Source: an uncultured Actinomycetes bacterium
Lineage (GTDB): Bacteria; Actinomycetota; UBA4738; HRBIN12
Assembly (NCBI GenBank): GCA_963810915.1
Contig: CAWEPH010000006.1
Coordinates: 555,004 to 619,003, forward strand
DNA: 64,000 bases
Reading direction: 5' to 3'
Shown here piece after piece: positions 9,529 through 20,800 of this stretch (its first letter is position 1; each line of letters starts with the position of its first letter). Both the position numbers and the translations under genes were made by a program. The notes under the pieces are model-generated. The model did not search any database and was not told the origin of the DNA. It saw only the letters and a program-made list of their open reading frames with translations.

Positions 9529-11277
9529 CTAGAAGAGCTCCAGCTGGTCGGCGTCGGGGAGGTCGTCGGGTTCGGGGATCACGGTGGCGCGCGGGATCTC
9601 GCCGGGGGCCGCGGGTGCCGTCCCTGCGACGACGGTGGGCCCGGTACGGATGCCCTCCAGGGTCCGACTCACGAGCGCGAGGTCCTCGCGCAGGAGCTGG
9701 AACTGGCGGGACTTCTCCCCCCCGCCGTGCAGGATCGCGGCCGGGTGGAACGTGGGGATCACGGTGCGGCCGTGCCAGTCGTGCACCTGGCCGCGCAGAC
9801 GGGTGATGCCCGTGCTCGTGTTGAGGACGAACTTGGTGGCGAAGTTGCCGAGCGTCACCACGACCTCGGGCTGGATCAGGGAGATCTGCTCGACGAGCCA
9901 TGGGGTGCACGCCTCGATCTCGTCGGGCTGCGGATCCCGGTTCCCCGGAGGCCGGCAGTTGTGCACGACACCTCCGGCCGTCACGAAGTTGTGGGTGTCC
10001 TCGACGTCGATGCAGTAGACGCGACCCACCGGACGTCCGGTCGAAGAGACTTCCTCGACCTCGGCGTCGTCGTACAGGACCCGGATCGGACCGCGACGAA
10101 GGAGTTCGTCGTCGTACGGCAGCGCCAGCGCGACCTCGGGGTGCAGTTTGTAACGCATGAAATGAGGGACGTAAGGGGCGATCAGGTACGACAGGACTCG
10201 TGTGCCGGTCACATCGAAGAACAACCTCCCCCGACGCGGCGTCGCTCGGAGCCCGAGGTTGGCAAGTGCGCGGACGAGGATCTCCAGATCTGCCTCAGGG
10301 AACCCGTTGGTGGCGATCTCCGCCAAGGGTTGACGACCTCCGGATCGGAGCCTCATGTACCCGTCATCCATGAACCAGAACGCGAGCATCCTCGGGTTCA
10401 GCCGCTCGACGATCGACGCGGGCACCCGCTTCGTGGGTCGGTAGAACTCACGGCGCAAGACCCCGAGCGCCCGGTGGGCTAGGGTCCGCACGTGCACCAC
10501 GGCGTACCGCTTCTCCCCTCCGGATACGGCCGCGGCACGGAAGGACGAGATCCTGGGTTGGAGCTCGCTCAGTAGCTCAGCCTTGAAGGCCGCGTATTCA
10601 GCCTGCTGGTCGGAGTGCGCATAGGCGAAGTGCGCGCTCGTCTTGTTGATCCCTCCATCACCCAGGAGGGAACCGACCAGAACATCGGCTGCAAGCTGGC
10701 TCAGCCCCTGACCGATGGCCACCCGGTCTCCGACCCGAAGGTCTTCAACCGGGACCCAACCGCGCTCGGTCATCACCGGGTGATCCCCGGTCAACCGGAC
10801 CCCGGTGCGGTTCGAACCGGACTTCTTAGCCGAGCGGTAGGTGAGCTTGAACAGGCGTCGCCCGGCCAGGGGCGACGAGTGCCATCCGGTTACCCGCTTG
10901 GGGACGAGCGTCCCGGTCTCGTCCACGGACATCACAGTTCCGGCATACCGAAGTCCCACGAGCGAGCCGATGCGCCTCCACGACCCGTCCCCGAGCTGGA
11001 TCATGGCGTTGTAGTCGAGGCATTTCACGATGTTCGCGATGTACACCTGGTCGCGTCCGAGGCCGATCTCGCCCAGCATCCGGTTGAGGAGCTGGCCGGC
11101 CGCGCCCACGAACGGGATGCCCTGTTTGTCCTCGTGGAAGCCCGGGCCCTCGCCGATGAACAGGAGGTCGGCGTCGGGGCTGCCGTCGCCGAACACCACC
11201 TGGGTGCGGCCCTGCGCGAGCTTGCACTTCGTGCAGCCCGCGGCCTCCGCAGCCACCTCGGCGAGGGTGCGGGGCAC
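9529..11277 (-). CDS. family-4 uracil-DNA glycosylase, intein-containing precursor (582 aa; 227 aa after splicing)
   Basis: GTG 11277 lies 2 nt after the hydrolase stop. Motifs: CTKC, GEGPGFHEDKQGIPFVGAAGQLL, YIANIVK|intein|CRPPGNRDP, HPAAIL. Confidence 0.9.
   Translation of the reverse strand: MPRTLAEVAAEAAGCTKCKLAQGRTQVVFGDGSPDADLLFIGEGPGFHEDKQGIPFVGAAGQLLNRMLGEIGLGRDQVYIANIVKCLDYNAMIQLGDGSWRRIGSLVGLRYAGTVMSVDETGTLVPKRVTGWHSSPLAGRRLFKLTYRSAKKSGSNRTGVRLTGDHPVMTERGWVPVEDLRVGDRVAIGQGLSQLAADVLVGSLLGDGGINKTSAHFAYAHSDQQAEYAAFKAELLSELQPRISSFRAAAVSGGEKRYAVVHVRTLAHRALGVLRREFYRPTKRVPASIVERLNPRMLAFWFMDDGYMRLRSGGRQPLAEIATNGFPEADLEILVRALANLGLRATPRRGRLFFDVTGTRVLSYLIAPYVPHFMRYKLHPEVALALPYDDELLRRGPIRVLYDDAEVEEVSSTGRPVGRVYCIDVEDTHNFVTAGGVVHNCRPPGNRDPQPDEIEACTPWLVEQISLIQPEVVVTLGNFATKFVLNTSTGITRLRGQVHDWHGRTVIPTFHPAAILHGGGEKSRQFQLLREDLALVSRTLEGIRTGPTVVAGTAPAAPGEIPRATVIPEPDDLPDADQLELF
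9958..11022 (-). mobile_element. intein with LAGLIDADG homing-endonuclease domain (355 aa)
   Basis: Starts CLDYNAMIQLGDG. Block B is LTGDHPVMT. LAGLIDADG motifs are LVGSLLGDGG and LAFWFMDDGY. Ends VYCIDVEDTHNFVTAGGVVHN, followed by +1 Cys. Confidence 0.9.
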
Positions 11278-11279
11278 GC

Positions 11280-12341
11280 TCAGCCCTCCCCTTTCGCGGC
11301 CTTCCGCTTGCGCCGCGGCGGATGGGGCGCATCCAGGCCCAGGGCCGCGATCGCGAAGAGGCGGATCTCGCGATCGAGCTCGATGGGGCGCTCGAGCATC
11401 GCCATGTGGCCCGCGCCCTCGAGCACCACGAGACGTGCGTCCGGGAGGGCGCCCGTCAGCCCCACGGCCGAGGCCGGCGGCGTGACGCGGTCGTGCTCGC
11501 CCACGACCACGAGGGCGGGAACCGTCACGCGCGGCACGGCGTGGCGCAGGTCCATCTCCATCAGCGACGAGAGCCCGTCGGTCCACACGTCCGAGGAGGC
11601 GTTCTGGGCGAGCCGCACGACGTGGTCCACGACGTGCTGGGGGGCATCGGGGCCGAACTGGGTGAGGCGTGCCACCGCCCCCCGCACATCCGCCGGGCTC
11701 GCCAGCACGGCCTTGCGGAGGCGGTCCACGCGCTTGGCCGCCGACGCGATCGTGCCGAGGCGTGGGCGCAGCAACTCGGTGACCGAGCCCATCGCGCCCA
11801 ACAACAGGTCGGAGGAGGCGGCACCGATCAGCACCACGCCCGCCACCCGCGTGCCGAAGAGCTCGGGACGCTGCTCGGCCATCCCCAGGATCGACATCGC
11901 GCCCATCGAGTGACCCACCAGGACGGCGGCGCGCTCTGGGGATACCAGGTCGAGCACGGCGGCCACGTCGCGGCCCATCGCGCGCAGGGAAAGATCGCCG
12001 TTCGCGGCGCGGCCCGACCGTCCGTGACCCCGGTGGTCCATCACCACGCAACGGAAATCCACCGAGAGGTCGACCCACTGCTCGTACCAGGTCGTGGCGT
12101 CCAGGCTGAAACCGTGCACGAACAGGATGACGGGCGCCTCCGGTGGGCCGGCGGCGCGCACGGCGATCGTGGTGCCGTCGAAGGAGGTGACGTCGCCGAG
12201 GTCCTCGGGCGGGAGATCCCACAACGGCCCTTCGTCCACCTGCGCGTGACGCCGGCGTACGACCACGCTGCCGACGGCGCCGGCGGCGATGGCTCCGGCC
12301 GCGACGCCCGCGCTGATGAGCGCCGTCCGCTTCTTCGTCAT
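11280..12341 (-). CDS. alpha/beta hydrolase with N-terminal membrane anchor
   Basis: ATG 12341 overlaps the alr stop (ATGA). TM helix ALISAGVAAGAIAAGAVGSVVV. HGF oxyanion motif and GHSMG nucleophile elbow. Confidence 0.85.
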   Translation of the reverse strand: MTKKRTALISAGVAAGAIAAGAVGSVVVRRRHAQVDEGPLWDLPPEDLGDVTSFDGTTIAVRAAGPPEAPVILFVHGFSLDATTWYEQWVDLSVDFRCVVMDHRGHGRSGRAANGDLSLRAMGRDVAAVLDLVSPERAAVLVGHSMGAMSILGMAEQRPELFGTRVAGVVLIGAASSDLLLGAMGSVTELLRPRLGTIASAAKRVDRLRKAVLASPADVRGAVARLTQFGPDAPQHVVDHVVRLAQNASSDVWTDGLSSLMEMDLRHAVPRVTVPALVVVGEHDRVTPPASAVGLTGALPDARLVVLEGAGHMAMLERPIELDREIRLFAIAALGLDAPHPPRRKRKAAKGEG

Positions 12342-13441
12342 CCCCCATACTCCCGCGGCACGCGCTCTCCGATCCTGGTGACGATCTCGTATCCGATCGT
12401 GTCGGCGTGTCCCGCCAGCTCCTCGGCGGTGACCTCCTCCGGATCCTGGCGACCGAGCAGCACGACGTCGTCGCCGACGGCGACGTCGAGGTCCCCGCAG
12501 TCCACCACCAGCTGATCCATCGTCACGCTCCCCGCCACGCGGCACCGTCTGCCTCCGATCAGGACGTCGGCGCGCGAGGACAGCAGCCGAGGGTAACCGT
12601 CCGCATAGCCGACCGGCACGGTGGCCACCCACGCGTCGTGCGTGAGTCGGTAGTGATGACCGTAGGAGGTGCGCTCCCCGGCCGGCAGCCGCTTCACGAA
12701 CGAAACGGCCGAGCGCCAGGTGAGGGCGGGCCGCAGGCCCAGCTCGGCACCGACCCCAGGTCCGGGCTCCAGCCCGTACACGCCGATGCCCGGACGCACC
12801 AGATCGAGGCGGGCGTCGGGATACAGGACCGTCCCACCGGTGTTGGACGCGTGCAGGATCCGGGGCGCGAGGCCGGCCGCGCGCGCCGCCTCGACGACGT
12901 GGAGGAAGGTCGCGAGCTGCCGCTCGGTCGAGGGAGCGTCCTCCTCGGAGCGTGCGAAGTGCGTGAAGAGGCCCTCGAGGTCGAGGCCCGCTCCCACCAC
13001 GCGACCGGCGTAGGCCACGGCGTCGGCGGGCGGCCAGACGCCCACGCGATGCATGCCCGTGTCGACCTTCACGTGCACCGCCTCGGCGCGACCTGCCGAA
13101 GCCTCCACGAGGCGCGCGAGCCCCCCCTCGGAGTAGAGGGTCGGCGTGAGATCAGCCGCGAGGACGTCGGCCTCCGAGCCCGGCGGGCATTCCGAGAGCA
13201 AGAGGACGCGCGCGTCGACGCCGGCGTCGCGCAGCCGCAGCCCTTCCTCCACCAGCGCGACCCCGAGCCAGGTCGCACCGCCCTCCAGCGCGGCTCGGGC
13301 GACGGCCACGTCGCCGTGCCCGTAGGCGTTGGCCTTCACCACGGCCATCAGCTCCGCATCGGCCGGCTTCAGCACACGCACGTTGTGGCGGATCGCGTCG
13401 AGATCCACCTCGACCCACGTGGGCCGGTGGCGGTCGGTCAT
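12338..13441 (-). CDS. alr: alanine racemase
   Basis: PLP-lysine motif AVVKANAYGHG. 367 aa. ATGA overlap with nnr. Confidence 0.93.
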   Translation of the reverse strand: MTDRHRPTWVEVDLDAIRHNVRVLKPADAELMAVVKANAYGHGDVAVARAALEGGATWLGVALVEEGLRLRDAGVDARVLLLSECPPGSEADVLAADLTPTLYSEGGLARLVEASAGRAEAVHVKVDTGMHRVGVWPPADAVAYAGRVVGAGLDLEGLFTHFARSEEDAPSTERQLATFLHVVEAARAAGLAPRILHASNTGGTVLYPDARLDLVRPGIGVYGLEPGPGVGAELGLRPALTWRSAVSFVKRLPAGERTSYGHHYRLTHDAWVATVPVGYADGYPRLLSSRADVLIGGRRCRVAGSVTMDQLVVDCGDLDVAVGDDVVLLGRQDPEEVTAEELAGHADTIGYEIVTRIGERVPREYGG

Positions 13442-14967
13442 GCCTCGCCCACCCGCCGGACCGCCTCCGGGATGTGACCGACGAGGTCTCCCGCGAGCGT
13501 GCCCTCCCCCGTGACGCCACCCGCCACGATCCCCGCCACGCCGTGGAGGTAGGCGCCCGCGGTGCCGGCGTCGAACGGCATCAGGCCGCGCGCGAGCAGG
13601 CCGCCGATCATGCCGGTGAGCACGTCGCCCGAACCGGCCGTGGCGAGCACCGGGCTGCCGGTGGGGTTCACGCGCGCGATGCCGTCGGGCGCGGCGAGCA
13701 CCGTGCGGCTGCCCTTCAGCAGCACGACGGCGTCGGTGCGCGCGGCGAGCGCGCGGGCGTGCGCGAGCCGGTCCGACTCCAGCTCGCGTGCGGTGACGCC
13801 CGCGAGGCGTACGAACTCGCCGACATGCGGGGTGAGGACGGCCTCGGCCTTGCGGTCGGCGAGGTCGTCGGCGCGGCCCGCGAAGGCGTTCAGCGCGTCG
13901 GCGTCCACGACGGCGGGGACCGGGCAGTCACGCACCAGGTCGCGTACGAAGCCCGCCGTCTCGTCCTGGGCTGTCATGCCGGGACCGATCGCGAGCGCAT
14001 GCGCCCGGCCGAGCGCGTCGAGCACGCGGTCGTGCGCATCTCCCGCGATCCCCCCGTCCGCCGTCTCGGGCAGCGGGAGGAAGACGGCCTCGGTGATCGA
14101 GGCCTGGAGCACCGGCACGATGCCCTCCGCCGCGGCCACCATCACGAGCCCCGCCCCGATCCGCCCGGCCGCGTCCGCGATCAGGTGGGCGGCACCGGTC
14201 ATCCCGCGCGATCCGGCGACCACCAGCAGCACCCCCGAGGCGCGCTTGTGCGTGTCGATCGCGCGCCGCGGCATCATCGCGACCACATCCTCGGGCTCGG
14301 TCACGAACGTGTCCGCACGCACGAGATCCTCCGGGAAGCCGATGTCCACGACACGAACGGCGCCCGCGCGCTCCGCGCCCGGCAGGAGCACGACGCCTGC
14401 CTTGGCGGCGCCGAACGTCACCGTGAGGTCGCTCCGGACCGCGTCGCCGTCGACCGCGCCGGTGTCCCCGTTCACGCCGGAGGGGATGTCCACGGACACC
14501 ACCGGCGGCGCGCCGGCGTTCAACCCGCCGATCGCGGCGGCCCACCGATCCTCCGGCGCGCCGCGGAACCCGGTGCCGAAGACCGCGTCCACGGCCACCT
14601 CCGCACGCTCCATCTCGCGTGCCAGCCGCGACTCCGTGACGATGTCAACGGAGATGCCCACCTCGGCGAGCCGCGCGAGGTTCGCCGCGGCAGGCTCCCG
14701 GAGTCCGTCCGGCGGTTCCACAGCGAGCACCGCGACCCGCACGCCCCAGCGCGCGAGGTGACGCGCCGCCACGAGCCCGTCCCCGCCGTTGTTCCCCTTG
14801 CCGCACACCACCACCACGCGACGCCCGTACACCCCGCCCATCAGGTCGACGCATGCACGCGCCACCGCGCGGCCGGCCCGCTCCATCAAGGTGGCGGCGG
14901 GCACGCCCCGCGCCTGCGTGGCGCGGTCGAGCTCGGCGGCCTGCGTCGGCGAGAGCACCGGTTTCAC
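13438..14967 (-). CDS. nnr: bifunctional NAD(P)H-hydrate repair enzyme (epimerase/dehydratase)
   Basis: YjeF_N motif CGKGNNGGDG plus a C-terminal carbohydrate-kinase domain with GSGDVLTG. Confidence 0.9.
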   Translation of the reverse strand: MKPVLSPTQAAELDRATQARGVPAATLMERAGRAVARACVDLMGGVYGRRVVVVCGKGNNGGDGLVAARHLARWGVRVAVLAVEPPDGLREPAAANLARLAEVGISVDIVTESRLAREMERAEVAVDAVFGTGFRGAPEDRWAAAIGGLNAGAPPVVSVDIPSGVNGDTGAVDGDAVRSDLTVTFGAAKAGVVLLPGAERAGAVRVVDIGFPEDLVRADTFVTEPEDVVAMMPRRAIDTHKRASGVLLVVAGSRGMTGAAHLIADAAGRIGAGLVMVAAAEGIVPVLQASITEAVFLPLPETADGGIAGDAHDRVLDALGRAHALAIGPGMTAQDETAGFVRDLVRDCPVPAVVDADALNAFAGRADDLADRKAEAVLTPHVGEFVRLAGVTARELESDRLAHARALAARTDAVVLLKGSRTVLAAPDGIARVNPTGSPVLATAGSGDVLTGMIGGLLARGLMPFDAGTAGAYLHGVAGIVAGGVTGEGTLAGDLVGHIPEAVRRVGEA

Positions 14968-14974
14968 CGGGCGC

Positions 14975-15352
14975 TCACCCCTCCCGCACCGCGATCGCGA
15001 ACGCGACCGCGTTGGTCTTCTCGTGGGTGAACGTGATCAGCACGCGCGAGATGCCGAGCATGTCGGCGCGCCCGGCCGCGTGGCCCTCGAGGGCGACGAT
15101 GGGCGCCCCGCTCGCGTGCCGCGAGACGCTGATGTCCTGCCAGCGCTTGCCCCGATAGCCGCCGAGGGCCTTGATCGTGGCCTCGCGCGCGGCGAATCGG
15201 CCCGCGTAAGACTCGGCCGGGCGCGCCTTGGAGTCGCAGTACGCGATCTCCTCGGGCGTGAACACGCGTGCGCGCATCGTGGGGTGGCGATCGAGCGCAC
15301 GCTCCATACGCGCGATCTCGCAGATGTCGACGCCCAGCCCGACGATCTCCAC
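14975..15352 (-). CDS. acpS: holo-[acyl-carrier-protein] synthase
   Basis: MEIVGLGVDICEIARM..., FAAREATIKALG. 125 aa. Confidence 0.9.
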   Translation of the reverse strand: MEIVGLGVDICEIARMERALDRHPTMRARVFTPEEIAYCDSKARPAESYAGRFAAREATIKALGGYRGKRWQDISVSRHASGAPIVALEGHAAGRADMLGISRVLITFTHEKTNAVAFAIAVREG

Positions 15353-15380
15353 CCGGACAGGCTACGCGAAGGTAGGGGCC

Positions 15381-15584
15381 CTATCGAGGCGCGTCGCGCC
15401 CCGGACCCCCGGAGGGCCGGGGACCCTCCGACGTCGGGTTCCGGCGGTCGCGCCACGCGCGCCGGACCTGCCACCACAGCACCGCGGAGACCGAGACGAG
15501 GGCCACCAGGAACACCACGGTGACGACGGAAGCGCTCGGGTCCGCCGGGGTGGGCAGCGGATAGGGCGAGCCGCTCGGCGACAC
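15381..15584 (-). CDS. hypothetical small membrane protein (67 aa)
   Basis: GTG start. One TM helix (VVTVVFLVALVSVSAVLWW). Very high GC3 in this frame. Fills the acpS-glmS gap. Confidence 0.45.
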   Translation of the reverse strand: MSPSGSPYPLPTPADPSASVVTVVFLVALVSVSAVLWWQVRRAWRDRRNPTSEGPRPSGGPGRDAPR

Positions 15585-15590
15585 GGCCGC

Positions 15591-17429
<1,839 letters not shown>

Positions 17430-17467
17430 AGGCATCCACCCTAACAGGGCGTTTCCCGCCGAAGGGG

Positions 17468-18796
17468 TCAGGCGAGTGCGGCGCGGACCGCCGCGGCGAT
17501 GCGCTCCGCGTGGGCGGTGGCGAGATCCTCCGACGCCGCCTCCACCATCACCCGCACGAGGGGTTCCGTGCCGGAAGGCCGCACCAGCACGCGGCCCTCC
17601 TCGCCGAGCTCGTCCTCGGACTCGTGCACCGAGACCCAGACCGCGTCGGCGCCGGGGAGCGCGTCGCGGTCGCGCACGTCGACGTTGACCAGCGCCTGCG
17701 GGTAGCGACGCATCACCGAAGCCAACTCGCGGACGGTCGTGCCCCGCGCGGCCGCCAGCGAGAGGAAGCGGACCGCCGTGAGCAGGCCGTCGCCGGTGGT
17801 CGCCTGCTCACGGAAGATCACGTGGCCGGACTGCTCGCCACCCAGCACGGCGCCGATGCGCAACATGTCTTCCAGGACGTAGCGGTCTCCCACCTTGGAG
17901 GCCACCACGTCGATGCCCGCCTCGCGCATCGCGTGGTGGAACCCGAGGTTCGCCATCACGGTCGTGACGACGGTGTTGCCCGCCAGGCGCCCGGCGTCGC
18001 GGAGCGCAACCGCGTTGGCCGCCAGGACCTGATCGCCGTCTACGATGGCGCCGTCGGCGTCGGCGAACAGCGCACGGTCGGCGTCGCCGTCGTGGGAAAC
18101 GCCGGCGTCGGCGCCGAGGCGCACGACCTCGGCCGCCACCACCTCGGGGTAGAGCGCGCCGCAATCCTCGTTGATGTTCTTGCCGTCCGGCTCGGCGTTG
18201 ATCGCGTGCACGGTGGCGCCGAGCCGGCGCAGCACCGCCGGTGCGATCTCGGAGGCCGCGCCGTTCGCGCAGTCCACGACAACGCGCATCCCGCCCAAGG
18301 GAGCGACCGCCGCATCGACGAGATGATCGACGTAGCGGTCTCGCGCGGCGCCCACGGGGTGCGTCGTACCCCGCGTGGCGGCCGGGGCCGCGGGTTGCTC
18401 GAGTGCGGCCTCGATCTCGTCCTCCAGCTCGTCGGGCAGCTTCATCCCGTTGGACGCGAAGAACTTGATCCCGTTGTACTCGGGTGGGTTGTGCGAGGCG
18501 GAGATGACGACGCCCGAGGACGCACCGAGGTCCAGCGTCAGGAACGCGATCGCGGGCGTGGGCTCCATGCCGGCAAGTACGACGTCACCCCCCGCCGCGT
18601 GGATGCCGGACACCAACGCGTCCTCCAGCCACTCCCCCGAGGCGCGCGGGTCCCGGCCCACCACGAACGTGGGATGCCCGGCCCCGTGACGCCCGAGCAC
18701 CTCGACGGCGGCACGCCCCAGCCCGTAGGCCAGGTCCTCCGTGAGTTCGGTGCCCGCGAGTCCGCGGACGCCGTCGGTGCCGAAGAGTCGTCCCAT
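17468..18796 (-). CDS. glmM: phosphoglucosamine mutase
   Basis: MGRLFGTDGVRG and the active-site motif SASHNPPEYNGIK. Confidence 0.95.
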   Translation of the reverse strand: MGRLFGTDGVRGLAGTELTEDLAYGLGRAAVEVLGRHGAGHPTFVVGRDPRASGEWLEDALVSGIHAAGGDVVLAGMEPTPAIAFLTLDLGASSGVVISASHNPPEYNGIKFFASNGMKLPDELEDEIEAALEQPAAPAATRGTTHPVGAARDRYVDHLVDAAVAPLGGMRVVVDCANGAASEIAPAVLRRLGATVHAINAEPDGKNINEDCGALYPEVVAAEVVRLGADAGVSHDGDADRALFADADGAIVDGDQVLAANAVALRDAGRLAGNTVVTTVMANLGFHHAMREAGIDVVASKVGDRYVLEDMLRIGAVLGGEQSGHVIFREQATTGDGLLTAVRFLSLAAARGTTVRELASVMRRYPQALVNVDVRDRDALPGADAVWVSVHESEDELGEEGRVLVRPSGTEPLVRVMVEAASEDLATAHAERIAAAVRAALA

Positions 18797-18867
18797 GCGA
18801 GGGGCAGGGTACCCGACGCCTCCATCTACACGCTCCGGTTCGACGGAAGTCGTGCGAGGATAGGGCC

Positions 18868-19137
18868 ATGAGCGATCTCGTCCGGATCTACGCTAGCTCC
18901 GACAGCTTCGCCGGGGAGTTGATGCGCGGCCGTCTGGAAGCCGAGGGCATCTCGGTGATGATGAAGGGCGAGGGAGAGGGCCCCTATCGCGCCGGCCCCG
19001 TCTACCTCTGGGTGAGCACCGACGACGAGACGCGGGCCCGCGCCGTGGTCGACGCCGTGAACTCCGGAGCATTCGCGGTGAGCGACGACGACGTCCTCGA
19101 GGCTGAAGGCGCGGAACCCGAGGCCTCGCGCGACTGA
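18868..19137 (+). CDS. DUF2007-like small protein
   Basis: 89 aa, high GC3. The pattern LVRIY...EAEGISVMM...VSTDDETRARAVV resembles the putative signal-transducing (DUF2007) fold. Confidence 0.55.
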   Translation: MSDLVRIYASSDSFAGELMRGRLEAEGISVMMKGEGEGPYRAGPVYLWVSTDDETRARAVVDAVNSGAFAVSDDDVLEAEGAEPEASRD

Positions 19138-19156
19138 GGACCCCGGGTTCCCGGCG

Positions 19157-20341
19157 CTAGCGTCTGCGCGTCCGCTCGATCCCCTTGTAGTTGGCCAGAG
19201 ACTCCAGGGCGTGCTCGATCGCCACCAGATCCGCCTGGTCGGCCATCACCTGATCGATGGGCTTGTAGGCGTCCGGAGCCTCGTCGAGCAGCGCGGCCGC
19301 GTCCGACGCCTGCCAGGCGCGGCCGGCCATCTGGCGCTCGAGCGTCTCCACCGACAGGGTCTTGCGGGCCTGTGTGCGGCTCATGCGGCGGCCGGCCCCG
19401 TGCGAGCACGAGGTGTAAGAGTCCTCGTTGCCGAGGCCGCGGACGACGTAGGAACGTTGTCCCATCGAGCCGGGGATCAGCCCGCGCGCGCCGATCCCGG
19501 CGTGGATCGCGCCCTTGCGGGTGATCCAGAGCCAACGGCCGTCGTGGTGCTCGAGTTCGGTGTAGTTGTGGTGGCAGTTCACCTCGTCCGCCGTGACGAG
19601 CTCGCGGCCGATCACGGACTCGAGCTGACGATGGGTGGCCTCCAGGAGCAGGCGGCGGTTCTCGCGCGCGTACGCCTGCGACCAGGCGAGGTCGCGCAGG
19701 TACGCGTCGAACTCCGGGGTGCCCTTCTGGAGCCACGCGAGCTCCGGATCCTCGAGCCGGGTGCCGAGGCCCTCGTGGAGCATCTTCGCGGTGCGCGTGT
19801 GCAGGGTCGCGAGCTGGTTGCCCCCACCGCGCGAGCCGGAGTGCAGGAGGATCCATATCCGACCCTCCTCGTCGCGCGCCAGCTCCACGAAGTGGTTGCC
19901 GGAGCCGAGGGTGCCGAGCTGCATCGCGGCGCGCTGCGGCTTGGGCAGGGTCGGCGGCGGGGCATGCTCGCGCATCCAGGTGCGCGCCTCATCCGACGCT
20001 CCACCCTCGTGCCACTTGCCCAGGCCCGCCGGCACGGCGGCGCGCATCGCGTCCACCCAGCCGTCCAGTCCCCGGTCGGGCAGCTGGTCCTCGCGCAGGT
20101 CTACCCTGCGGGCGGCCATCCCGCACCCGATGTCCACCCCGACGGCCGACGGGATCACCGCCGTCTCGGTGGCGATCACGGAGCCGATCGTGGCGCCGAA
20201 GCCCAGGTGGGCATCGGGCATCAGCGCGACGGGCCCGGCCAGGATAGGCAGGCGCGCCGTGCGGGCCGCCTGCTTCTTGGTGGCGTCGTCGATCTCCGAC
20301 GCCCACGACACGACACCGGGTGCGATCTGCTGGTGCGGCAT
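19157..20341 (-). CDS. rtcB: RNA ligase RtcB family protein
   Basis: Motifs GSGNHFVEL, CHHNY, CSHGAGRRMSR. 394 aa. Confidence 0.9.
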   Translation of the reverse strand: MPHQQIAPGVVSWASEIDDATKKQAARTARLPILAGPVALMPDAHLGFGATIGSVIATETAVIPSAVGVDIGCGMAARRVDLREDQLPDRGLDGWVDAMRAAVPAGLGKWHEGGASDEARTWMREHAPPPTLPKPQRAAMQLGTLGSGNHFVELARDEEGRIWILLHSGSRGGGNQLATLHTRTAKMLHEGLGTRLEDPELAWLQKGTPEFDAYLRDLAWSQAYARENRRLLLEATHRQLESVIGRELVTADEVNCHHNYTELEHHDGRWLWITRKGAIHAGIGARGLIPGSMGQRSYVVRGLGNEDSYTSCSHGAGRRMSRTQARKTLSVETLERQMAGRAWQASDAAALLDEAPDAYKPIDQVMADQADLVAIEHALESLANYKGIERTRRR

Positions 20342-20397
20342 GTGATGACCTCCTTCGTTCGCGGTTCCGAGCCCCCAGGCTCGGAACGCTCAGGAGA

Positions 20398-20793
20398 TCA
20401 GCGCTTCGAGTACTGCGGGGCCTTGCGGGCCTTCTTCAGGCCGTACTTGCGGCGTTCCTTCTCGCGGGCGTCCCGGGTGAGATAGCCCTCGGCCTTGAGC
20501 TGCGTTCGCAACTCGGGGTCGAGGTCGATCAGCGCGCGGGCGATGCCGAGGCGCACCGCACCTGCTTGGCCACTGATCCCGCCACCGTGGATGGAGACGA
20601 TCACGTCGAACTCCTTCTCCTTGCCCACGAGCCGCAGCGGTGAGACCGCGACCATGCGGTGCACCCGCGTGGGGAAGTAGTCGTCCAGCGCCCGGCCGTT
20701 GATCTCGAAGTTGCCGTCGCCGGGCACGAGGCGCACGCGCGCCACGGCCTCCTTGCGGCGTCCGGTGTTCATCTTCGCTGCGGTCGCGGCCAC
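20398..20793 (-). CDS. rpsI: 30S ribosomal protein S9
   Basis: [31 protein letters not shown], and ends ...APQYSKR. Confidence 0.95.
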   Translation of the reverse strand: MAATAAKMNTGRRKEAVARVRLVPGDGNFEINGRALDDYFPTRVHRMVAVSPLRLVGKEKEFDVIVSIHGGGISGQAGAVRLGIARALIDLDPELRTQLKAEGYLTRDAREKERRKYGLKKARKAPQYSKR

Positions 20794-20800
20794 TGGGTGA

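Noticed and set aside
9529-12348. A 939-aa ORF suggesting one giant protein spanning the hydrolase region and the UDG.
   Set aside because: The N-terminal 350 or so residues are an Arg/Gly/Pro-rich shadow frame overlapping the real alpha/beta hydrolase gene, which is in another frame. UDG homology starts at GTG 11277, 2 nt after the hydrolase stop.
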